A stretch of DNA of 64,000 bases from Calditrichia bacterium (lineage in GTDB: Bacteria; Calditrichota; Calditrichia; RBG-13-44-9; J075). The notes under the pieces are model-generated. The model did no database searches. It was given only the letters and a program-made list of their open reading frames with translations, and was not told where the DNA came from. Positions 20,102 to 28,576 of the stretch are shown here, in pieces. The translations under genes and the position numbers were made by a program. The stretch is taken from assembly GCA_050633245.1 (NCBI GenBank), contig JBOEGD010000007.1:123593-187592 (forward strand). The letters run 5' to 3'. Positions within the stretch are counted from its first letter, which is position 1; every line of letters begins with the position of its first letter.

Positions 20102-21922
20102 ATGACATACAAAAATAGCTTTTTATTGATCCTCCTTGCTATTCTGGCATATGCGATCTGGTTAAGTAATGATTTTAAAATTATTGCTGCCGGAGTCGCT
20201 ATCTTTCTATTCGGAATGTTGTTTCTTGAGCAGGGCTTTACGGCCTTTACCGGCGGTGCGCTTGAGACTTTGTTGAAACGATCGACTAATACACTTTGGA
20301 AAAGCCATTTTTTTGGTATTATAACCACATCATTAATGCAATCGAGCTCACTGGTATCTGTCATTACCATTTCATTTCTAAGTGCCGGGATGATCCAGCT
20401 TGCTGCCGGCGTTGGTATCATCTTTGGTGCCAATATCGGTACGACAACCGGGGCCTGGTTAATGGCCGGCCTGGGCATGAAGGTTAAGATTTCAGCCTAC
20501 GCAATGCCAATGCTGATCTTCGGACTGGTGCTAGTTCTCCAAAAAAAATCGCAGCTAAAAGGAATTGGTTATATTCTTACCGGACTTGGTTTTTTGTTTT
20601 TAGGTATCCACTACATGAAGGAAGGATTTGAAGCCTACAAGGAATCAATTAATCTGGTTAAGTTTGCAATGGACGGGTTTTCCGGATTAATCGTTTTTGC
20701 AGGCATTGGCATACTTGCTACGGTCATTATGCAGTCCAGCCATGCAACCTTGATGCTGATTATTACCGGTTTGGCAGCAGGACAAATCACATATGAAAAT
20801 GCTCTTGCCCTGGCGATAGGTGCGAATATCGGCACGACGGTTACCGCCGTTCTGGGTTCAATAAGTGCCAACATTGCCGGTAAGCGCTTGGCTGCTGCCC
20901 ATATGGTGTTTAACTCTATCACCGCCCTCATTGCCATTCTTTTCATCAGTCAGTTTCGCTGGAGCGTCAACACCATCGCCGAAATAGTAGGCATTGCCGA
21001 AAATGACTGGACGCTTAAACTGGCGATATTCCACACTCTTTTTAACATTACCGGTGTTCTGGTTATGCTTCCCTTTATCTCCCCTCTTGTTCAATTTTTG
21101 GAGAGAAAAATAACCTCGCCTCTAAAAGAGACCAGTGAGCGACAAGTAGGTCTACAGCCAATGTATCTGAATGATGCCGCGTTATTGCTGCCGGATACCG
21201 GCTTGGAGGTTGTAATTAAAGAGACATCAAACCTCTTCGACAATTCCTTCGAGGTTGTTGCACATGGCTTAAACCTTCACCGAACAGATATACTGATGGG
21301 GCGCAGCCTGGATGAAATTGTAGCTAACTCGAGGGAGTCCATGGAGATCGATGTACTCGAGAAATACTATGAAGGTATAAAAAACCTTTATAGCACAATT
21401 ATTGAATTTGTTGCACGCGCCAGTGCAATTAACAATATTACAGAAGAGCAGTTAGCGTCTCTTTACAGTTTACGCATTGTTTGCAGGGAAATTGTTGAGA
21501 TCATAAAGGAAATATCCCATATGCGCCCCAACATTGAGCTATATATGGGAACTGACAATGAGTTCATGTTGCAGGAATATAATGCCATTCGAAAGAACCT
21601 GGCATCTATCCTCAGGACGATATATCGCATTAGAGATTCCAAAGATGAAGTGTCTTTTTTTATAGCTCTTAAAGAGATGGAAGAAGACCTGGAAAAAAGC
21701 GATGTATTGGCAAATGGAACGCTGGATAAGCTTATTAGAGATCAGTTGATATCTCCGGCGATGACGTCGAGCCTGATGAACGATAGTGCATCGGCGTATG
21801 AAATCGGCAAAAAACTGATTGAAATCGCCAAACGCATGTTTACTGCGGAAGGAAGTGATTTAAAAGTAATTGAACAGGAATTGCTGCTTCAATCAGAAGA
21901 ATTTTTGACTTCCACCGAATGA
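20102..21922 (+). CDS. Na+/phosphate cotransporter family protein with PhoU-like C-terminus
   Basis: Two MQSS repeats each followed by GANIGTT. Confidence 0.9.
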   Translation: MTYKNSFLLILLAILAYAIWLSNDFKIIAAGVAIFLFGMLFLEQGFTAFTGGALETLLKRSTNTLWKSHFFGIITTSLMQSSSLVSVITISFLSAGMIQLAAGVGIIFGANIGTTTGAWLMAGLGMKVKISAYAMPMLIFGLVLVLQKKSQLKGIGYILTGLGFLFLGIHYMKEGFEAYKESINLVKFAMDGFSGLIVFAGIGILATVIMQSSHATLMLIITGLAAGQITYENALALAIGANIGTTVTAVLGSISANIAGKRLAAAHMVFNSITALIAILFISQFRWSVNTIAEIVGIAENDWTLKLAIFHTLFNITGVLVMLPFISPLVQFLERKITSPLKETSERQVGLQPMYLNDAALLLPDTGLEVVIKETSNLFDNSFEVVAHGLNLHRTDILMGRSLDEIVANSRESMEIDVLEKYYEGIKNLYSTIIEFVARASAINNITEEQLASLYSLRIVCREIVEIIKEISHMRPNIELYMGTDNEFMLQEYNAIRKNLASILRTIYRIRDSKDEVSFFIALKEMEEDLEKSDVLANGTLDKLIRDQLISPAMTSSLMNDSASAYEIGKKLIEIAKRMFTAEGSDLKVIEQELLLQSEEFLTSTE

Positions 21923-21937
21923 AACTGAGGAGACATC

Positions 21938-22201
21938 ATGACACAGAAAAAAAGGCTCAAAAAGATTGTCACTGCGGTTAAGAAAATATTGGGAGACAAC
22001 ACAAAAGTCAAGAAGCTTAAAAAAGCGAACGCGCTCAAAAGCTTTATTGAAAAGATGATAAAAAAGCGTCAGGAAATTAAAAAAACACTCGCAAAGGGCA
22101 AGCTAAAAAAAGATCGTGAGAGTGAGCTTGTACGGAATCTTGAAACGCTGAGTAAACAAATTAAGAAAGCAAAAAAAGTATTAGAGAAAATAGAAGCTTA
22201 G
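21938..22201 (+). CDS. Small lysine-rich helical protein
   Basis: GAGGAG RBS, 15 nt after the transporter stop; very high Lys content. Confidence 0.75.
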   Translation: MTQKKRLKKIVTAVKKILGDNTKVKKLKKANALKSFIEKMIKKRQEIKKTLAKGKLKKDRESELVRNLETLSKQIKKAKKVLEKIEA

Positions 22202-22378
22202 TAAGCTTTTTCTTATCATGTAATCCGGCTCTAGCAGGTTTTAGCAGCACATTTACCAGTCTGGTAATATCTAAACGAACAGAATAGCCAGGCTACGGCA
22301 CCATCTCGTTTAGCCAGTTGGCTGGGTATTTCACCAGCCATCAATCGGGCTTGTTACATTCTGTAAGCTCCTCGATCG

Positions 22379-23578
22379 TTACCGGAAAAGATTTTGCAAC
22401 GTCATGACCGTTTTTTTAGTTTCTTCATTTCTTTTAAATTTCAAAACAATTTCCCTACCCGGCTCGCTTGCACAAAGACGCCATATATCTTCTAGCGTCA
22501 GTTTGTCTGCAGGCACTCCGTTTATGCGTATGAAAATATCCCCAGGCTCTAAGCCTGCAGTAGCAGCGGGGCTATGGTCATAAACCCGAAATACCGTTTT
22601 CTTCCCTTCCTGCTCAATAACCCAAAGGCCTGAGTTATCATCAGGAATTCCCGCGGTAATAGGATATTCTTCACCAAAGAGAATTCGACCGTGGGGATAA
22701 TCTAAAATCAGATCCTGCCGCGCAAGAATATTCGCTCCGATCGTCCCGGCATTTGTCCGGCGCTCCGTGCCGGCTGCTTCGATAGTTACTCCGGCGCGAC
22801 TGTAACGGTATTCTCTTCCGGCGAAGTTGAGCAAATCTATCACAAACTCACGATTTTCTGTGGTTCCTCCGCCACCAAGTCCGGTGGTGGCTATCGAATT
22901 AGGTGTCGTCTGCTCCAGGTTTGCCTCTTCATAAAAGTTCAAGGCAAATCCTAAACCGGATAAACTTCCGGTATCCAGTTTCAAGCGAGAGAAATAAGCA
23001 CGACCCGAATCTTGCTTTATGGAAAAAGGAACCAGTACTTCATTAGCGATAATATCAATTGGAACAACCCTGACCTTGTTCCCCTGAACGTGCTTCTCGG
23101 GAGAAAAGACCTGCATCATTTTCTCCTTGAAATTCAGATACAATACATGCCTGGCAATAAAAGGATGCCCTAGAATGCCCTGAAACTCAAATCCAATAAA
23201 TGCTCTAAATTGTCGAAGCGGGGCTGTTCGTGCAGCCAATACCTCAAGCTGAACCTCTTCTAAATTAAAGGAAAAGCCTTCAGTAATTCCCATCTCAACC
23301 TCGCCGCCAGGCTGTAACACAGCCTGTGAATTGTAAACTGTTAATCCAAGCTCAGCTGCGAACTCCGTATCGACGATGTTTTCATCGAATCCGGTATCGA
23401 TTAGAAAGAGACCGGTCCGACCTCCATCAAACGTCAATTCAAGAAAGGGCAGTCCAAAATCGGTACGCATTTTCACCTTCACAAGTGCATCGCCTTTTGA
23501 CAATGGGCTTGCATACAAATCGGCGATCCCCCCAATCATTAAACATACCAACAGCAGGTTACGAGCAAGTGTGCACAT
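22379..23578 (-). CDS. Two-lobed aspartyl protease with C-terminal PDZ domain
   Basis: FLIDTG and LKLDTG motifs; SPAATAGLEPGD. Confidence 0.85.
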   Translation of the reverse strand: MCTLARNLLLVCLMIGGIADLYASPLSKGDALVKVKMRTDFGLPFLELTFDGGRTGLFLIDTGFDENIVDTEFAAELGLTVYNSQAVLQPGGEVEMGITEGFSFNLEEVQLEVLAARTAPLRQFRAFIGFEFQGILGHPFIARHVLYLNFKEKMMQVFSPEKHVQGNKVRVVPIDIIANEVLVPFSIKQDSGRAYFSRLKLDTGSLSGLGFALNFYEEANLEQTTPNSIATTGLGGGGTTENREFVIDLLNFAGREYRYSRAGVTIEAAGTERRTNAGTIGANILARQDLILDYPHGRILFGEEYPITAGIPDDNSGLWVIEQEGKKTVFRVYDHSPAATAGLEPGDIFIRINGVPADKLTLEDIWRLCASEPGREIVLKFKRNEETKKTVMTLQNLFR

Positions 23579-23694
23579 AAAGTTTTCTCCCTTCAGGTTT
23601 TACCGTCATTCAATGCTATAAGTGCATTGTTTTGGAGGAAATCTAGTCTAATTCTCCGGAGTGAGCGTCGCAGATTCCGAAAGAGAGACAATCT

Positions 23695-24810
23695 TCAGGG
23701 ATTTTTCAGCGTTTTGATAAATTCGGTCGGTGTTATTCCAGTTTGTTTCTTAAAAGCACGATTAAATGCTGCCTTGGAATTAAATCCGGCTTCAAGTGCG
23801 AGGCTGAGGAGCACCTTCGAGTGATGCTCTCCGTTCATTAATCTGCGTTTCACCTCGTCGACTCGATAGGAATTGATGAAATGAAAGAAATTCATTCCGT
23901 ATTCTTCGTTCAAAATCTGCGAAAGATATTTTGGAGGGATTGCAGACAATTCCGAGAGCTGGCTTATATTCAGCTCCGGATTAAGATAAGGTTGGTTCTC
24001 GTGAATAAACGTCAGCAATTTTTTCTGATATGTTGCCTTGTCGGCTTCCTTGAGTATGGAGCTCTGGTATTTTACGGCAGGTTCTTTTTGTAGAAGATAC
24101 ACCTCGGGCACATCGAGTCCATGATAGATAAGGGCAATTGAAAGCATAAACCATGAAAGCACTTCGAGCATGACTATAAAGCGAAATGTATTTTCGTCAT
24201 TCAGGAGATCATCAAACAGAAAATTCAATAATCCTGTGCAGCTGAACAAAATGAAACTTAGAAGCAAAAACCACAACAGTTTTCGATGATTTGCCTTAAC
24301 CTTTCTATTTAGCCCATCCTCATGCTTCAACGTACGATATAATACTCGCGATGTGATTAGGAGAAACAGGAGGCAAAGAAGGTTTCCAGCTAAGGGGATA
24401 ACATATCCGATAAGCGGATTATTGGGAATTTCCCTGATGTATTGCACCTTTGCATCGAAAGACAGGATATGATAATCGAAGAAGAAAAATACGGTCAGTA
24501 AAATCGCCGGCAAAAAATATAGTGATTCTCCCCAACTGATGTGGAAGTCTTTTTGCGTAGACATCTTCACATATATGACAAGCAGAGGAATAGCGATTAG
24601 AAATGTATAATTGAAAATAAACAAAAACTCTGGATATTCAAGGACATTGAAGTTTGCCTGATAATAGTGGTCGACAAATCCCAGGCTCATAAAAAAAAGG
24701 AGCAAAGAGAGGTATCTGTTAGACCGGTTCTTAAGTCGATCCTTGCTAATAAGGAAAGCCGCAAAGAGCAGACAATTAAATGTGGCAATAGCCAGTAATA
24801 GATTCAACAT
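23695..24810 (-). CDS. Membrane-bound AraC family transcriptional regulator
   Basis: About 7 TM helices at the N-terminus; C-terminal AGFNSKAAFNRAFKKQTGITPTEF. Confidence 0.9.
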   Translation of the reverse strand: MLNLLLAIATFNCLLFAAFLISKDRLKNRSNRYLSLLLFFMSLGFVDHYYQANFNVLEYPEFLFIFNYTFLIAIPLLVIYVKMSTQKDFHISWGESLYFLPAILLTVFFFFDYHILSFDAKVQYIREIPNNPLIGYVIPLAGNLLCLLFLLITSRVLYRTLKHEDGLNRKVKANHRKLLWFLLLSFILFSCTGLLNFLFDDLLNDENTFRFIVMLEVLSWFMLSIALIYHGLDVPEVYLLQKEPAVKYQSSILKEADKATYQKKLLTFIHENQPYLNPELNISQLSELSAIPPKYLSQILNEEYGMNFFHFINSYRVDEVKRRLMNGEHHSKVLLSLALEAGFNSKAAFNRAFKKQTGITPTEFIKTLKNP

Positions 24811-24818
24811 ACCCTATA

Positions 24819-24854
24819 ATAAAAAGGCACCCGCTGCAAATGCAACGGGTGCCG
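24819..24854 (-). terminator. Rho-independent terminator after the OmpA gene
   Basis: ggcacccgttgca-ttt-gcagcgggtgcc followed by ttttt. Confidence 0.75.
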
Positions 24855-24879
24855 ATAAAAAGTTAGCCACTCTCATAAA

Positions 24880-26397
24880 TTACTTGGTGCGAACGAACTC
24901 GATACGACGGTTCTGAGCACGGCCTTCAGCAGTCTTGTTGTCTGCAATCGGACTGTCTTCACCAAAACCCACAGCCTTCACGCGATTACCAACGACGCCT
25001 TTACGTAACAACCATGCACGAACAGAATCAGCACGACGCTGCGAGAGACGCTGGTTGCTTCTTGCGCCACCCTGGCTATCGGTAAAGCCATGAATTTCAA
25101 CTTCCATGTCCGGATAAGCTACCAACGTTTGGTACGCTTGCTCAAGAATAGCTTCGGATGTAGAGGTAATCGCAGATTTACCTGATGCGAAGACAATACC
25201 ATCAAGCACAATTCTGGCTCCGACATTTGTTACTTCAAGAACCACATCGTCATCAGCGTTGAGTGGGTTCGTACCACGAGCAACTTCTGCACCGTCGTTT
25301 ACGGAACCGGCATCGGTATCAGCGACAAGAGGATTCGTCTTATTAACTTTCACCTCTTTGCCGTCATTTAAACCATCATCATCGGTATCAGCTTTTAAAG
25401 CATCCGTTTTATATTCACTCAGCTCAGAACCATCATCCAGGCCATCGCTGTCTGTATCATTTTTGTTCGGATCCGTTTTGGAAACTTCAATCTCATCCTT
25501 ATCACTGAGACGATCACCATCGCTGTCTTTTTTCAGCGGATTGGTATTATGCTTCAGTGCTTCACTCATATCATCCAGACCGTCACCATCGCTATCCGCG
25601 TTGTTGGGGTCGGTGTTATAGGTGCCAACTTCTTCACCATCAGCAAGACCGTCGTCATCGGTATCAGCCTTCAAAGGATCGGAATTGTGCTGGGTAACTT
25701 CTTCACCATCACTGAGACCATCACCATCGGTATCGTAATTTTCCCTATCGGTACCCAGCTTCTTTTCTTCTTTATTTAATAGGCCATCAGCATCAGGATC
25801 TTGATTAGAGCTCAGCGTAAACGTAAGCCCGCCCATTCCACTAAACCATCCATCATTTCCATCTGAAGAGGCGTTCTGATTCAACGCATCTGAATTGGTA
25901 AGATGATAGCCACCACTTAGATCAAGCGAGACAATATCTGTAATTTTCAGCTGAAAACCACCACCACCAGTGCCATAGGGAACCCAACCACTCGATTCGA
26001 GAGTTGCATCAATTACGGCAGGTGCTTCGCTAACCTCATAGTAAACACCACCAGCTCCACCATAAATGTAGGGGCTAAAATACTCGGTCCAGAACAATCG
26101 AACCAGCAGGCGATAGTCGCCAGAGTTGATATCTGTGGTATATGGGTTGGTATCTTCACTTGTTAATTTTCCAAGAAAATTACCGGTAATCTGTCCTTCC
26201 ACCGGGCCCAAAATACTATGGCGGATAAAAGCACTGGCCTGAATGCCAAACTTTTCATCGCGGCCAAAGTCGAGATCGCCAATTGTTGGTCCACCTGCCA
26301 AGCCAAGTGCCACTCCGCGAGTACGCAGTTGTGCCATCATTGAGGTGGTCAATAAAACCACAAGAGCAATCGTTAAGTATGTACGAATTCCAGACAT
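24880..26397 (-). CDS. OmpA family protein: beta-barrel, Ca-binding DTDxDGLxDGEE repeats, peptidoglycan-binding domain
   Basis: About 7 repeats; GFTDSQG…NQRLSQRRA…NRRIEF. Confidence 0.9.
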   Translation of the reverse strand: MSGIRTYLTIALVVLLTTSMMAQLRTRGVALGLAGGPTIGDLDFGRDEKFGIQASAFIRHSILGPVEGQITGNFLGKLTSEDTNPYTTDINSGDYRLLVRLFWTEYFSPYIYGGAGGVYYEVSEAPAVIDATLESSGWVPYGTGGGGFQLKITDIVSLDLSGGYHLTNSDALNQNASSDGNDGWFSGMGGLTFTLSSNQDPDADGLLNKEEKKLGTDRENYDTDGDGLSDGEEVTQHNSDPLKADTDDDGLADGEEVGTYNTDPNNADSDGDGLDDMSEALKHNTNPLKKDSDGDRLSDKDEIEVSKTDPNKNDTDSDGLDDGSELSEYKTDALKADTDDDGLNDGKEVKVNKTNPLVADTDAGSVNDGAEVARGTNPLNADDDVVLEVTNVGARIVLDGIVFASGKSAITSTSEAILEQAYQTLVAYPDMEVEIHGFTDSQGGARSNQRLSQRRADSVRAWLLRKGVVGNRVKAVGFGEDSPIADNKTAEGRAQNRRIEFVRTK

Positions 26398-26884
26398 ATT
26401 GTCCTCCATTGTAGAAAAAATCAGTCGTTTTTTCCTTGTTGAATGTAGCTAATTCTAACCCCTAAAAATCTATTTGCAGGCCCCTTTTAGACTTCTGCAT
26501 TACAACTTCTGTCACTTACCCTGAGAAATAGTACTCACTTTTAAACAAACCTCATGCCAGCATAGCTATCAATCGTTCTGCACACTCGTGCGTACGAAAG
26601 AATTCAAAACAAATAAAAACAAATATTTAAAGGAGATTAGAGAGTTGATTTCTATCCTCATAAAGGCGATTAATATTCTCTAAAGTCGTGAAGTTTCACT
26701 TCATGTGTGTGATTTCTGCCAATAAATTTACTATTATCGGTAAAATCTTATAAAACATGAATCAATGCAAGTAAAAAGTGCGCAACTCTTACACAGTTTT
26801 AATAGCATCTTGACAACTAAACAAAGGAATATCAGGATTTGCTAAGAAAGTATAGATAAGAGAGATAATTCTTGGGAGGGAATC

Positions 26885-28480
26885 TTATTTGAGTTTTACA
26901 ACGATACCGAGACGACGTAATTCGTCAATCTTTCCTTCAGAGTAGCCTAATTCCATTAACACTTCGGCAGTGTGCTCACCCAAGTTCGGGGCAGTATTTG
27001 AAATTCGCGGGTGCGTGTGTGAGAATTTGAGCGGTATTCCGATAGTCTTCACTTTGCCAAATTGTGGATGCTCACGTACATCGACCATTCCTCTGGACTT
27101 AATATGCGGATCATCTTCAATATCTTCCACATCCAAAACAGGTGTTAAACAATAGTCTCCTGCCCCAATTTGATCGAGCCAATAATCTCGCGGCTTTCCT
27201 TTAAACAGAGAAACAATTTCCTTCCGTAATTTTGTCGCTTCCCTGCCAGATGAATTCATTTTATCCAGCCATTTAGGCTTTCCGGCAAGTTCGCAAAAGC
27301 GCGTCCAGAATTTCGGTTCTACTGCGCCAAGCGCGACATACTTTCCGTCTTTACAGCGATAAGTGCCATACGCAGCCATTCCCCGTGTTAGCGGCTGCTG
27401 CGACGGCGGAAGTTTTTCACCGGTAGACCAGTAATGTGCCAGAGGAAGGCTCATCATGGGTAGAGCTGCATCGAGAAGAGAAACATCGACACGCTGCCCC
27501 TGCCCGGTTCGATCGCGTGCAAGTAAGGCAGCCATACACGCATTCATTGCCATATAGGCTCCGGCAACATCGGTAATCTGAGCACCTGGCACCACAGGTT
27601 CTCCACGATCATTTATCGTATTGGACAATATGCCAGACAAGCCAAGGTAATTCACATCATGACCAGTATTTTGGGCATAGGGGCCGCTCTGACCATATCC
27701 GGTCAGAGATACATAAATGACGCGTGGATTGGTTTTTATTGCCTCAACATAATCCAGACCAATCTTTTGCAATACGCCCGGCTTAAATTGCTCTACTACA
27801 ATATCCGCAGTCTTCACAAGATCAAAAAAGACCTCCTGTCCCCTTTCTTCACTCAGGCGAAGCGCCAAACTACGCTTCGATCGGTTCACGGCCATGTAGC
27901 CAGCTGAAAGATCGTTAACATATGGAGGATAATCCCGCATATAATCCGGGCTGATAATGTCTTCAATCTTTATGACATCGGCGCCCATATCAGCCATCAT
28001 CATCGTTGCCAAGGGTCCGGGATAAAGACGTGTCAGATCCAGAATCCGTATTCCGGAAAGCGGTCCCGTGCCCAACTTAACGGGCTTAGGCCATGGGATA
28101 TTGCGCTCTTCATAACCGTCGGAAGTCACCGGATCGGTTCGACGCACAATCTTCTGAGGCAGCTTGATTTCACTGGGATCTTCGATAATCTCTGCGTCTT
28201 CAATAAACGGCTCTTTAACCGGCGTTTCGACTGGAGCATCTACGACAGTATTCTGCATGCTGGAAAGCTGTCGCTCTTCTGCAGATAGCTTTCGTACCGG
28301 CTGCGGCTGACTTGAATCTTGTCGCTTAATATCCGGTAAAGCGCGGATATCAATATCGACCTTGCTGTCTTCATCACCGTTTAGCGAGGAAACCAGAGGG
28401 TGCGGGTCTGTCTGTAACGGATCTTTGCGACGAACAACGCTTTTTTTCTTGCCACCACTGTTCAACGCCAAAATCGGCAA
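26885..28480 (-). CDS. CaiB/BaiF CoA-transferase family III (AMACR-like) with a long N-terminal extension; start uncertain, in frame with the upstream ACAD
   Basis: GPLSGIRILDLTRLYPGP, NRSKRS, GYGQSGP, GHDVNY, QITDVAG. Confidence 0.85.
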   Translation of the reverse strand: MPILALNSGGKKKSVVRRKDPLQTDPHPLVSSLNGDEDSKVDIDIRALPDIKRQDSSQPQPVRKLSAEERQLSSMQNTVVDAPVETPVKEPFIEDAEIIEDPSEIKLPQKIVRRTDPVTSDGYEERNIPWPKPVKLGTGPLSGIRILDLTRLYPGPLATMMMADMGADVIKIEDIISPDYMRDYPPYVNDLSAGYMAVNRSKRSLALRLSEERGQEVFFDLVKTADIVVEQFKPGVLQKIGLDYVEAIKTNPRVIYVSLTGYGQSGPYAQNTGHDVNYLGLSGILSNTINDRGEPVVPGAQITDVAGAYMAMNACMAALLARDRTGQGQRVDVSLLDAALPMMSLPLAHYWSTGEKLPPSQQPLTRGMAAYGTYRCKDGKYVALGAVEPKFWTRFCELAGKPKWLDKMNSSGREATKLRKEIVSLFKGKPRDYWLDQIGAGDYCLTPVLDVEDIEDDPHIKSRGMVDVREHPQFGKVKTIGIPLKFSHTHPRISNTAPNLGEHTAEVLMELGYSEGKIDELRRLGIVVKLK

Positions 28481-28576
28481 CTTTTCTTTTTTTGAAATAG
28501 GCCGCGCTACCGTTAAGAGCTCCCATCCTGAGGGCTCATCGGGTGGAGGACGGTCATCCTCAGCGGCTGCCTGGCT

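Noticed and set aside
22254-22345. Short palindromes downstream of the Lys-rich gene
   Set aside because: Degenerate; cannot be assigned to a REP family, terminator or ncRNA.
25250-25800. Periodic repeats (ccatc/gtatc) that could suggest a CRISPR array
   Set aside because: They are codons for the DxDxDG Ca-binding repeats in OmpA; there is no invariant repeat-spacer structure.
26544-26560. Sigma54-like TGGCATGAGGTTTGT upstream of the OmpA gene (minus strand)
   Set aside because: The -12 element is GT instead of GC; not supportable without further data.
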